NCBI RefSeq assembly: GCF_026571515.1
Contig: NW_026857573.1
Span: forward strand, 124,001-188,000
DNA: 64,000 nt
Reading direction: 5' to 3'
Origin: Ruditapes philippinarum
Taxonomy: Eukaryota
In this document: positions 14,325 to 26,569 of the stretch, one piece after another
How the letters are laid out: every line of letters begins with the position of its first letter
How positions within the stretch are numbered: the first letter of the stretch is position 1
Program-made: the position numbers and the translations under genes
Notes under the pieces: model-generated
What the model was told of the DNA's origin: nothing
Database searches by the model: none
Seen by the model: only the letters and a program-made list of their open reading frames with translations

Positions 14325-17300
14325 CTAAATGATTTTAGTCTTGATTGTCCCAATTTTCTCAATTTCAACTTCAACTACATCTCCAACCTTAAAACAAAAT
14401 ACATTTTGTATTACAAATAAAGCTTAAAATCTTAATTGTTACAAAACAGTTTTACAGAAGAGAACAGATTATACATAGTATATCATCTGGTATATACATA
14501 TAAATAAATACATTTGTCAAAGATAGATACAAATTCATACAATAAGAAAAGACCATTTATATTAAGTTACTTTTTATATTCGCTGCTTTATCCATAGATC
14601 GTTAAATGAAAATAAAGTAAATTTCTTAATGTAAAATGCATGCAATATAAGTTGGTACGCGTGCATATAATCAAATGCTTGATAATTGTGAACCGTTTCT
14701 GGTGATTCAGACAAATTAAAGCAGACCTACTATGCACAACTTTAAATATAAGTTGAGAAGTGCCTGTGACTATATTTAGTGACAATGTCAATAAAGGCAT
14801 CAATTATTTTTTATTTTGTCTTTCTAAATATCCGATTTATAAAATCTATATAAATTTCAATTATTGCAAAATGGTCGTTAATTAAAACTTTTACCTTTAT
14901 ATACTCGGGCGGATTCATACAATGCCCAACTCTTGGGGGCGATCCTGACAAAATAAGATCGTCATGAATCTGTAATTTAGAATAACCACTTAAAAGAATT
15001 TGCCAAACATTACACAAAAATTTAGAAGAAGAACTTTGTGAATTATTTCATAACCGCTTTAAAAGATCCACACTGTACTGTCATTCCTAAATTTAAAATT
15101 TGAAATGAGTTTATCTTCATAATTATCAGCATAATTATCTTCATCGTTTTGACAAACATTCTTATCAATGGACAGTCAAAACAAGTCGTTTTACCTTTAT
15201 AGAGATCAGATATTTTAAAACCATAAGATGTATATAAATTGTGTGGTTCTAGTGATATCAACGAATTGTTTCAGTACAGCAATGTATTACCTCGTTATAT
15301 GGGCAACTATTTTTTCGGTTTTATACAACATTTCACAAGTGTTACTGTTTTGTTTTACAACACCATTCACAATACACTTTATACCAAGGTGATGAGGATC
15401 TGAAATATTTAAAATATAAATCACAACGTTGTTCCGTGGGGAAATTACCTGAACGTCAAGTTTTATATTTATCAAAGGACAAATTAGGTATTACATATAT
15501 CTATTTAATTACATTACCTTTAGAATAAGTTTAGATTTACTTTCTGCATTTTCTAATAACATACTTCATTTAAGTCTATCGATCATTCTATCATTCGGTT
15601 GAAAATTTTAAAATCATTGACAAGTGCATACTTAAACGCATTTACCTTTTATTTCATCAACAGTGACTATTGTTTGGTCCATAGCTGAACTAAGAACCAC
15701 CTGGCCGGCATTTTTCCATACCCAGTCACGTACGCAAACGGCATTCGCTTAAGTAAAGCCAAACACGTATTGAATGGCGTTCTCTAACTAAAATTGACAT
15801 AAAATTGAATCAAATATATAACAATATAATGTAAACAATTACATTGTATACAGGATTCGGATAAACATCAATCAACTAGCTATTGGCATGTAGAACCACT
15901 CCGTGTGAGTTCTGCAACTATTGAACCAAAGAATGAACAATTTAGTAGCTTTGGCGTTTAAAAAGGATTTTCAGACTTTGCAAAAAGTTTCTGAAATAAC
16001 GTATCTGAAATTTCAAACTAACAGGAAGTGAAACAAACTTAAATGCCAATTACTATGAGTTGCAATATAAAAAATGGGAACAAATATTCTATATCCTGAA
16101 TGCAAAGAAAACCTTGACATGTTTTGCTGTTTTCCCGATAACAATGACCAGCTCTGCTTCCCAGTCTAGTAGCTGAAAAGAAAAGAAAAGTGGAAGTCTT
16201 ACATTACCCGGATAAACTATCTAAAACCTGAAAGAATAATCATACATATTCATTTTACAGATATTCTTGAATTTAAAAATTATCTTGTAGGCGATTCATA
16301 GTATAAGACAGACATACTAAAAGCTGAAAAGTAAGCCGTACATTATCCATAAAACACATGCTATTGGAGAGTTATCTGTAGATATGTGTAGAGATAAAGT
16401 AAAAGTGCACAGCTGCATTAAACTTGTAAAACATTAGCTTAAATTAAGACCAGTATATCTATTCATTAATGTAAGACAACTTGAATAGTGAATAGAGCAA
16501 TTATAAACGTAACTGTGCATTTACACAGTCTGCTATTCAGTTAAGTATCTCATGTTAGAGCAATATACGCAATACCTTTGCCTCTTCTGGGTAGCTCAAT
16601 GAATCATCTGGTCCAATAATACAACTTGGAAACTTGTTGAACACCACAGGTTCTGCTGGTATATCAGCATTTTGTTCTTTACAATGGTCCGTATAGTTCA
16701 TGCCAATGCATAACACCTTCTCGCATGACGTTATAGGGGCAAGAATCTTTACACAGTTTCTCTTTACCAAGCAGTCTTTTCTGTTTGAAGCACTGAAAAG
16801 TCAATTTATTCTAGGAATTACAATGACGTGATCTTTTGTGTCGTCTGATTGCATAAAATAAAGCCATCAAATATGTTTCTGCGTCTGTATAGCTTTTACT
16901 GTAGATTGTTTCCTTATCTTAGTTTGATCAATACAGTAGAACAATTACACCTTCAAAACAGTGTCATAGACATGTTTATTGCAAGGTCAATCAAGGGTCG
17001 TAACTCTTAATTGAAAACACAGATAATGCAGGCCTATTTTCCGTAAAGATTAAGATATGGGTTTATATAGGACAATACTTTATTATCACTAACTGCAGTT
17101 GTTGCTTATGTCAGACGCCGCAACCAATGAAAATAATAATAACAATGATGAGGATGATCTAGCTAACTCTCATACTCCTACCTACATTTGAATCATTTAT
17201 AGCATTCTTGATTTACAACAGAATTTTGACAACGTATTATTCATTTATGATTAAGTGTAAAGATACTTCATTTGAAATGTCCAGACGCGTTTTCTGCGTC

Positions 17301-17678
17301 AGAAGATCTATATGAAATAAGTGATGTCATAGCTGGATTATAAGCCACTGGAGGTGAAGCTTGTTCACGCACACATAGTATGTGAATTTGAGCACGAACT
17401 AAAACATTTTAAACCAATTTCTAAACTTTTGCAATTGAAAAAAATATGCATAACAAATAACGTGTATCAATGCACGAATGTTGCATTGTATAGTACTGAT
17501 TTATTCAGATAATCAACCTTCTAGCTTTGTTCCATGTATCTTCTCCGCATTCGAGAAATGTTCTCATATCACGTGGTATAGATTCGTCTGCTTTATTCAA
17601 ATTTATTAAATCTCCATTTTCAGAGAGTTCCAGTCCAAGACACTGTTGTCCATGTTGATTGAACTGCACTAATCGCAT
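14325..17678 (-). pseudogene. FAHD2: FAHD2-like paralog, unprocessed pseudogene (7 exons)
   Basis: Exons 17678-17518, 16792-16576, 16172-16113, 15787-15646, 15399-15291, 14969-14895 and 14387-14325. Exon 4 has an in-frame TAA (15749-15751), ND->NA, GK->SS and an 18-nt deletion at FCPLGP. Exon 6 has a 13-nt frameshifting deletion. Confidence 0.88.
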
Positions 17679-18974
17679 GATTTGTATAATTAAAATTGTA
17701 TCGTCTGTTATAATGCTCACAGTGAATGAGATTTAATACTATCAAATCGTTGAGGTGTGTTTAAAATTTTGATATAAACTTGATATATAAAGAAATATCA
17801 TAGCAACTTTGTAATGTTTGTATAGTTATACATTATCTAGGTCATAGCTACAAGCTATCTACATATCAAACCCTTGACTGCACAATCATGAAGGTTGACA
17901 AGGTAGATGAATACATTAACATTACAATATTTCAAGAGTGTGTAATCTCATTGTTTTTATGGTTGTTGCCCCTCTGTTGCACCTTATCTTTGGATAATCG
18001 TAAACAAATCATTTTATTACATTACACTAAGCTTATTAGGGTCAGAAAGAACCATCTTAAAACTGAACATAGTTGTCACTTTCTGAAATAATCTCATCCC
18101 TGAAGACAGTTCCGCTCTATTATTGTTAGTCAAATCTGGTATAACTATCAAAAACCTTGAAGAACATTTACTTTAATTCAAAACCGTGTAACGTTTGTTT
18201 CATTGCAAAGAACAAGTAAATTTTGTTGATTTCATGAAGTAACTTATCAAAGTATTACATGTATTTCACCAGCAATAGTGCTCATGCTACTAAATTGATC
18301 CAGATTAAGACCGTCTGATCATGCATTTTCAGTCAATATCTATTTTGAAATTTGCCCTTAAAATGGTTTTGTCGACATTCAAAGATGGAAAACTAGGATG
18401 GAATAAACCATAAATGCTAAATAAAATCTTTACATTATATTGCATACATGCATTTATAATAATCATTGCAAATTTCAAATAATTGCACGTAACGTAGAAT
18501 TACCGATTTGGACGTAATTGTATGCAGGAATATTGTTAATGCACTTTTTTTTTTATAAATCTGCAGAAGCGTCTGGGACTTATTTATTCCCTTGCCTGTG
18601 ATCTCTACTTTTGCAGATGTAAATGCACGGAACAAGATGCACTAACCCTCAATTATGATTACCAGTGAGATTTTGTCACATACAAGATATGTTCAATGCT
18701 ATCAAAATGTTGTATGCACCGGTCTGTGCAATGGTGGATCTTTTCTTTAATGCTGTTTAATAGAAACAATCTTTCATCTTTTTTTAATTTCATAATAAGT
18801 TGATGATTATACTTTTTTGGCCCAGTAAAGAAAGACTTGTTCACCACATAAAGATTGTGTTTAACCTTTTTATTTATTACAATTTAAAATTATTACATAC
18901 CACCACTCTTCTGAATTCTTTTGGATATGTTTCTCAACTCAAAATGTCGATATTTTCGTGTTTTAATATTGAAT

Positions 18975-19075
18975 TCTGCTTAAGCCAGTGCTAGTGGGCG
19001 TGGACGGTAACTACCGTCCATGATCAGACTCAATCAAATCGAGCCTGTAACATTTATAATTTTGTCGTTTCGGGC
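18975..19075 (+). repeat. Interspersed repeat with hairpin TGGACGGTA-ac-TACCGTCCA (other copies ~12430-12520, 46420-46515, and ~52120-52215 on the minus strand)
   Basis: Shared ggcgtggacggtaa..taccgtccatga..ctcaa..gagc(c/a)tgtaacattt sequence between copies. Confidence 0.6.
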
Positions 19076-20101
19076 TTTCTTTAAGGATTCTGTTTTCTCT
19101 ATTCTAATAATGGCAGTACAAAAATTAATTAATTAAGCAAGTAAACAACTGGTTTTTTTTTCATAAATTTATTTGTTTGTTTTTTTGTTATTAGTTTCTG
19201 TCCCAAGCTTTATAGCTGTGCATAGTTTTTGGCGTTATGTACTTTTTTACAATACCTGCGTTTATTTCACATTCCTGCGTTACTTGATATACACGATGAA
19301 ATAGTAATCTGATTTGCAAGGGTCTTATAGAAAATGGAGATATTAAAGCTTCATGCATTTGAGATTAAATTTATTTCCAAAAATAGACTAGTTCATGCTG
19401 TTCTGTCACGATCACAGCCTGTTCCTTCCTTGACGTAACAAATCACATGACTCTATAGCTAAAACAATAACTGATAATTATTTAGCTATTTAGCTTTTAC
19501 GACTGTCTAATTCCTATGTAAGCATATCGGTATTTGAACAGTTTTAGTATATTTAGTTTTGCAGGTCATACAAATCAAATCTTGTTTAAATGCTGCACAC
19601 ACCACGTATCCCAGCAAGACTGCAATAACTCGTTTCAATGCGAATTTTATTTCCCTGGTTAAAATATGGTACATTGATTTCATATAAATAAGATAGAAAA
19701 TGGGCTTAATGCTAAATCGATTAGTGATTAAATATTCAAAAACAAGGTAGACTAAATACAAGACTAAAATAGTTTGCTCAATATAATTGATAGAATGCCA
19801 TTAAACCAGTGATAATTATGATGTATAAAATTACATCGTGCGGACTGCTGGGTATATCTAATATTGGATCATGTGAACTCAGCAGTTGTTTTCCGATGAA
19901 TACATTGAGCCATTGACTTTAAAGCCAGAGTGTTCTATACGTTGACAAGTAAACTATCTGACAATTAGTCTGACGTTATATTTAGCCATGTATTCTCAAA
20001 CAAAGAGAGGAAAAAATATAATTTGTGATGTGATAGATTTTATTTCGTTGGAAATGTTGGACTAACTATTTCATAACAAATATTATTGAAACTATTTCTT
20101 G

Positions 20102-21070
20102 ATGGTGATGAGCTTTACATTTTTAAGTGATAATGGTTCATCAAACCAGGTAGAATGTTCGACGCCAACTTGGGGTTATAGTTATTTAGCAGGGCAAGTG
20201 ATTGGATATTGTTTAGCATTCGTCCCGGTGCTTGATATAACTATAAATATTATAACATTAGCATACACTATACGTGCACCGAAATTAAAAGCTAACACAC
20301 GGTTGTTTCTATGTTCGTTGATGATCTGTAACACATTCTCCGGAGTGTTCGTACTTCCGGTCAAGTTGTTTGGAATGATAGCAGTGGAGCTGGAAATACC
20401 TGGTCAATTAATAGTCTTACTCTGTGATCTCGGCAACAGTTTTGATGGCATGCTCCGCACAAGCTCTATATTTCATCTTTCTGCGTTGGCTTTCGATGAA
20501 TATATCTCTATTTGCCGACCATTTAGACGAAGTTACTGGTTAAACCGGAAGTTCAATACGATACTATTTGTCGGATGTTGGATAATTCCAGCTATTTTGT
20601 CTTTTTGTTTTATTCCTCCGAAAATTCATATTAAAGGGATTGAACAACAAATGGAATGTTTATTTCAACGAACAAAGATGTGCCAATTTATTTCAAATAA
20701 GCCATACGCCTTTGCAACAACAGGTATATGTTATATTGTGCCGACAGCGTTCATTTTGATTTGCAATGCATGTACAAAGTCATCTGATAAAAAACGGGAA
20801 CAAATGTTTTATAGACTTGTACAGATCAACACGAAGAGACGCAGTTTGAACAGGAGATATTTTGGTACAAAATTGGCGCGCATCGTTATTTTTTTATCGT
20901 ATTCATGCATTTTATGCTGGTTCCCTTTCTACTTGATTACTTTTATAGATCCTTTAACCTCTTACAGTGTACCAACCTACATGTGGTTGCTTGTTTCTTG
21001 GATAGGGTACTCAAACTCTATTATTCTACCAATAATATATCTCAAATTAACCAAAGTTTTGACATTTTAG
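20102..21070 (+). CDS. Intronless class A aminergic-type GPCR, 5-HT4-receptor-like, with atypical activation motifs
   Basis: Seven hydrophobic segments. C3.25 and D3.32 (LCDLGNSFD), TSSIFHL, GCWIIP, CQFISNKPYA, CWFPF..IDP..Y.VP..W..W.GY.NS parallel 5-HT4 receptors. DRY is DEY, SLAxAD is SLMICN, and NPxxY is LPIIY. Confidence 0.88.
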   Translation: MVMSFTFLSDNGSSNQVECSTPTWGYSYLAGQVIGYCLAFVPVLDITINIITLAYTIRAPKLKANTRLFLCSLMICNTFSGVFVLPVKLFGMIAVELEIPGQLIVLLCDLGNSFDGMLRTSSIFHLSALAFDEYISICRPFRRSYWLNRKFNTILFVGCWIIPAILSFCFIPPKIHIKGIEQQMECLFQRTKMCQFISNKPYAFATTGICYIVPTAFILICNACTKSSDKKREQMFYRLVQINTKRRSLNRRYFGTKLARIVIFLSYSCILCWFPFYLITFIDPLTSYSVPTYMWLLVSWIGYSNSIILPIIYLKLTKVLTF

Positions 21071-21698
21071 TAAGCATGTGATATTTGGAATGTGCCAATT
21101 ATACTGCAATAAAAAACGTGCCTTTCCTCAATTATTATATTTAGTATTTATTAATATGCAATAATGTATGCAATTACAAGCATTTTGCTGGAATAAACAC
21201 AAAGTAATTCCAAATTACTGTTCATTTTCTCCAAACGAGCTTAGAAGTACCAAAGAAAGAAAACTGATTTGAAAAAAATAAATAAAGTGAAAGCGTCATA
21301 AATTAATTATGAAAATTATAACTAAATATATTATCTTGATTATCAAAATTTTATGCAATTTAACATATCATTTTTTTACTAAATTATTTCCATCTGTGGC
21401 CCACTTGTATATAACTACCTATTTATGGATGTTTACAGTATCTTTCTCTTTCATAAATGATGTAATATTTATTTAGTAAAGAACTGGAATAAATCAAGAA
21501 ATATGCAATTGAAAATGAACTATATTCTGTTTGTTGTTGTTGTTGTTTGATTGTGCTGTGTTAATTTATTCAACGGCCTATTTTAATTTTTTTCATTTAC
21601 ATATTTATTTGTAACCAAAAACGTTTATTTTAGATATTTATTATCATCTAGATTTTCAAATATGGACATTTCTCAGTATCTTCGCTATTTCAATTTAT

Positions 21699-22026
21699 TT
21701 AAGCTACATGCCTCCAGATGGAACAAAATATTTCAATTAATTCAAACTTGAGAAAAACGTAAGATGTAAGGAAAAGTTATATTTTACATATTATGTGCGA
21801 TTAATGACTGATTTTTCAGTATTTACAACTATATGTCTACTGCGTTACTAACGCAGTAAAGGCTATTTATGCATATTTTGACCACTTTTTGGTAACAACG
21901 TGATTTTTAAGTGCCATTGATAATGAGTAAATTGTTTCCTTTTGGTTACTTCACAATATTACACATTCAAATACATTGTCAAAATTTTCATGAAAATTAG
22001 CATGAATCTGGAGGCGTCTGCTTTAA
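21699..22026. mobile_element. MITE with TTAA ends (Kolobok/piggyBac-type non-autonomous element)
   Basis: Imperfect terminal inverted repeats (TIRs) ttaagctacatgcctccagat ... atctggaggcgtctgctttaa. Confidence 0.6.
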
Positions 22027-22029
22027 TGT

Positions 22030-22063
22030 ATAAATAAATAAATAAATAAATGAATAAATAAAT

Positions 22064-22102
<39 letters not shown>

Positions 22103-22112
22103 TTTGTTTATT
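22030..22112. repeat. (TAAA)n followed by (TTTA)n microsatellite (self-complementary)
   Basis: Direct read of the sequence. Confidence 0.9.
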
Positions 22113-23154
22113 CATATATTTTTGGATTGTTTGTTGTTGTTGTTTTTTTCTTTTCTTTCAATAAAACCAACACATTTTGAAACATTTAGATTTTGAATTT
22201 ATTATCTTACAATTTTCCATGTTTCCAGTAATTCAAATTGTATGTAATTTTGAAGCTACACTTTTGTTATATTGCTTTCTATACATCGATGTTAATTACC
22301 AATCAATACCGTTTGATTAGCAATTATAATTTTCCAGTATTGTTAAACAGATGACGTGTTTCCGTAGAGACATATAACCTGTAACCATAGAGACAGGTTA
22401 GAAGACGGATCATTAGTCATTCTCAATACCTGACTATTTCATATTTCTTTTATAATAACGTATTGTTTTTTTTTTTATAAAAATTCCTACAAGAGATTAA
22501 TAAAACATTCTATAAGTCACGTTCACATTAAGGTTGTTTAAAGGTAAAATCAATAATAGACATTTATAGAATAAGCTTAATGCAGCCTTAGCTAGATTGT
22601 AATCAAACATGTTCATATCCCTTGGTTACCAGTCCATTTTATCCGTAGTTGTCCTTTCATGAAAACTAGACAATAATCATAATTATAACAATCATTTTTG
22701 CAGCCGTGGAAGATTTGTATCGGCTATTTCCGTCAGCCTTCGGATAAATTCTAATTAGGAATTATCGGCGAGTTGTTCCGAAGTTAATTAAGCGACAAAA
22801 TATCGGTACACGGTTTACTCGGTCATAAAATAATTAATAATGTTTGGTGATATTGTGTATACTGTTACATGAAATAGTAAAACATTATTCAGAAAACAAT
22901 AATCAATGCATACAGTTTTATAGAACAAAAACGGAATTAACCCTTTTTCGTCGTGTTTAATAAAGCGTAAATTATATTTTAAGTTTTTTTCTTTTATCCA
23001 TGTTTATTTTTCGTTTAAGTTAAGTCGTATTTTAAAGCGGAGCATGTGAGTAACAATCTTTGTTGACTGGTTCATATAATTTCAATTCATTAACTTCAAT
23101 TTGATACGCAAAAATAGATGCCGCCAGCAATCATTCTCAACACTGCCAATATGG

Positions 23155-23215
23155 ATTGCATTGTATTATAATTTATTGTATTGTAATGTATTGTATTGTA
23201 TTGTATTGTTTTGTA
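23155..23215. repeat. (TTGTA)n microsatellite
   Basis: Direct read of the sequence. Confidence 0.8.
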
Positions 23216-23881
23216 AAAAATACTATTGTGTTGTACCAGTATATCGGTTAATGATAAAAACAGAAAGAGCCTACAAACTGAAGTTTTGAATGCTTGTAAA
23301 ATATTTGATAGAAAATTGATTGGAATTGAAGAATCTATGTTCACACTCTCCCCCCAATGATACCAAAAGATGACATCAGCATGTGCTATTAGGTACATGT
23401 ACACCATTTACAATCGGAGATGTAAAAGGAAATAATCTGTACAGTTGTTGCTGGTGGTTTTTCCTTTTCTGACGGTATTTCTATGAATTATTATCTTTGA
23501 TATTTGAACCTAGGTTCACTAATTACAAAGTGACGTTCTTGAAATATCTTAGCCAGTATTTTCCTTGAACTTGTAGTTTGAATAAATGTCACATTGCTAG
23601 CGCATTAGAGAATTGATGACTGAATTATTTTGCAAAAACATCGTTCAATTTAAAATGGTTATGAAATTTTCTAACCTGCTACTTTAAGACCTAATTATCA
23701 CAAAATTATCAGGAATATGTGAAAAGTCCTAATTATGCTTTCATGTTATGAATATTTTACTTCGCGAGGTTAGCCAAATCAGGAGAATATTTACTATATA
23801 GTCTATAATATTCTAACACTTTTAATTGTTTCATATAAAACAATTAATTTAAACATTTGTCTGAAGTTCATATTAAAGAAC

Positions 23882-23960
23882 ATTTGAGCCGTGCAGTCTG
23901 ATCAGGATCCATGCTGGTCGCAAACCCATTATGTTGATTTTGTCATGACACGGCTCATTT
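23882..23960. mobile_element. Short, internally deleted MITE
   Basis: TIRs tgagccgtg ... cacggctca around gcagtctgatcaggatccatgctg. Confidence 0.55.
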
Positions 23961-24243
23961 GTATTTTTTCTAATGACATAACAATGTGATTGCGAAAGGT
24001 TCATAGAAAAAGTGTTTTCTGTTTATGTCAGTAATATGTTATGTCACTTACTGTTTGACTATTATTCGTTACATTTTCAGGTTATGTGAAATGGCATATC
24101 AAATTGGTGGAATCCGTCTGATTTTAAATTACGTTTACTGATTCAAAAAAACGAAAACTAAGGCCAAGTTGTAAATCATTTTTGTGGCAAAGACATAAAA
24201 ACTATACGTTATTTTCACATTTTATTTCGAAATTCTACACATT

Positions 24244-25771
24244 TTATCTGTATATTCTGTATTCAAACCCTCCAAAGTAAACATTATCTGGATGAGCGGT
24301 CACTTGAATAACAATGTCTCGTGCGAATGTTGCGTTAAAACAGGCTGAGATTTCTGTAAAAAAAGGTATGTAATGTAAAATAAAATTGACCCGCAAAAAG
24401 AATTCTTATATGAATTTATAGTGATAGTCAATTTGTTGAAAAACGTGTATAATGGTTCAGAAGACATTCCGCAGCGAAAATTTAGGTTGAAATCCTAAAC
24501 ATATCTTTTAGAAATGCTAACGAGTAACATTAATAGTCTACCTTTAATAATAATAATGATAATAATATCGTTATTGAAGGCAGGTATCATATGAAGATAT
24601 ACCATCGTAGAATTCAAAACAATATATAGAAACACAAAACATCATAAAACCATGACAATTATTCCATTAAGATTTTGCCCTATAACAAACAAAAATTGAT
24701 TTATTTTGTCAAACGCTTCTTTAAGATATTAAATAGCATAGGAATCATCAAAATTAATGATCCATACGTGATTCAGAATAAGGTGTAGCTTATAAATAAT
24801 GTGTTCTTGTTGAGGACAAACCAACAATGAAGTGAACACTAACAACAGTTTATGTTGTACTCGTTATGATGAAATTTGTGACAGACCTGATCCTGTTTGT
24901 CATAGTGACATATTATTTATACATCTTCATTTACAAATATTTTGACAATTCTACATGCATGATACAACATTTATGGCTATCGCGAAAATGTACATGCATA
25001 ATTTGCTTTCTTTTTAAAATATACTTACTATCATCAAATGGCCCCAGGCGTTCATTCGTAGCCTTTTCCGTTATATTGAAGAAATCGCCACATTGACTGT
25101 CTCTTATACAGATAGTTCTTCTCAGCTAGCGGGGTGAAAAAAATGACAGATTATATCCGAGAAAATAAAAAATGTATACTTAGTAATTATACAAATTCAT
25201 AAAGTCATACTATCAAGATTCATTTATTAAAAATGAGAACAAATTATTTCTTTTTTATATATATTGTCTAACATAAAATATTTTAATTATTTTAATACCT
25301 CTTTCACATTTTGAAAATGTAGCATGGTGTGTCCTTTGGGATAATGCCAGTTGAAAGTTCCATTGGTGCATTCTGCTGGAACATTAACAGTTGTTATGAA
25401 ATTGTCTGATTTGGGAATCCTTCAAAATAAAACAGGATAATACAGGTACTAATTTTGTCAAAAATATTGTTAAAATTGTCTGCTTTACATAATAATCAAC
25501 AGATGTTCATACATTCATTTTAAAATCGTATTCCTCTGAATTAAACTAAGTTTTTTTAAACATCAAAATACCAACGATGATATATTTCAATTTTCGAAGT
25601 AAACTATTTGTAATGAAGTATTTTTGATCAAAAACAATAAAATAGTTATATAATATATTCCAGAACTTACCCGTTAGTATATTTCGGACATACGTCACAT
25701 GGCTTATCACAGAAAAGTCCGCATGCGGAAAATACGCACATCAAGAAATAAATCAAAAAGATCATCATCAT
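24244..25771 (-). CDS. Small secreted meteorin-N-domain-like protein, copy A1 (4 exons, 142 aa, intact)
   Basis: Exons 25771-25671, 25419-25299, 25125-25029 and 24353-24244 are GT-AG with phases 2/0/1. Protein: MMMIFLIYFLMCVFSACG LFCDKPCDVCPKY..VPAECTNGTFNWHYPKGHTMLHF..ICIRD..ACF..IVIQVTAH..GFEYRIYR*. Confidence 0.85.
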
Positions 25772-25950
25772 TATTATGTGCTTTTTTACCAACAATAATG
25801 CTAAGCTGTTTTAAATCCGTTCTAAGTATTTGTATACAAATATAATAAGAACTATGAAGTGAAGTAAGTTATTTAAATTACGTTTTACTTTAAATGTGTA
25901 TATGAACTACGTCAGTACGATAAATGAAGGTATTCGCTCAAAACGTTTCT

Positions 25951-25961
25951 TTTTATATATA
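25951..25961 (-). promoter_or_regulatory. Candidate TATA box of gene A1
   Basis: TATATATAAAA on the minus strand ~180 bp upstream of the ATG, in a block conserved with 43516-43655. Confidence 0.55.
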
Positions 25962-26406
25962 GTCCGGTTTAACGGCCTTGTATAATTAACTCGTAAAAAT
26001 ACATAAAACAATGACAAATGACATCCTGTTTCATTTTCGCATATATTAGTTTTTTATAATCAACAATAAGGTCATTAACATGAAATGTAAATATTTAACT
26101 TTATTATATACCTATAAATTTTCTCCCTTAAATACACGCCGATATTGAAGCGCAAATACGTTTCATCGGATAGAAATTTCCGTATTATGTTAGTGACAAA
26201 TACGGTACCATATATGGAAGTGACGGACTATTTTTGACGTTGGTTCCGATCTTAGCTTTGTATAACGTTGCATTTGGAAACGGGAACCAAAATTATTAAA
26301 GGCGTGGCCAGTTTTCAAGAATTACGTATTCATCCGTCAGTCATGAATTTATTTCTTGACAACTACATTGCATTTTCTTAATAAAACGAAAATGTATATA
26401 ATAAAA

Positions 26407-26569
26407 GGAAAATTATGTTGTAGTAGCGTTCTGAGACTATGTATTTTTCTACTCGCAACGTTGGAAAATTGATATCTCGCTCGACCTTCGGTCTCGCGAG
26501 ATATCAATTTTCCACCGCTGCTCGTAGCAAAATACAAAGCCCCAGAAAGCTACTACAACATAATATTCC
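26407..26569. repeat. ~160-bp imperfect palindrome (foldback element) with a central TTCG-containing loop
   Basis: ggaaaattatgttgtagtagc...ggaaaattgatatctcgc-tcgaccttcggtctc-gcgagatatcaattttcc...gctactacaacataatattcc. Confidence 0.8.
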
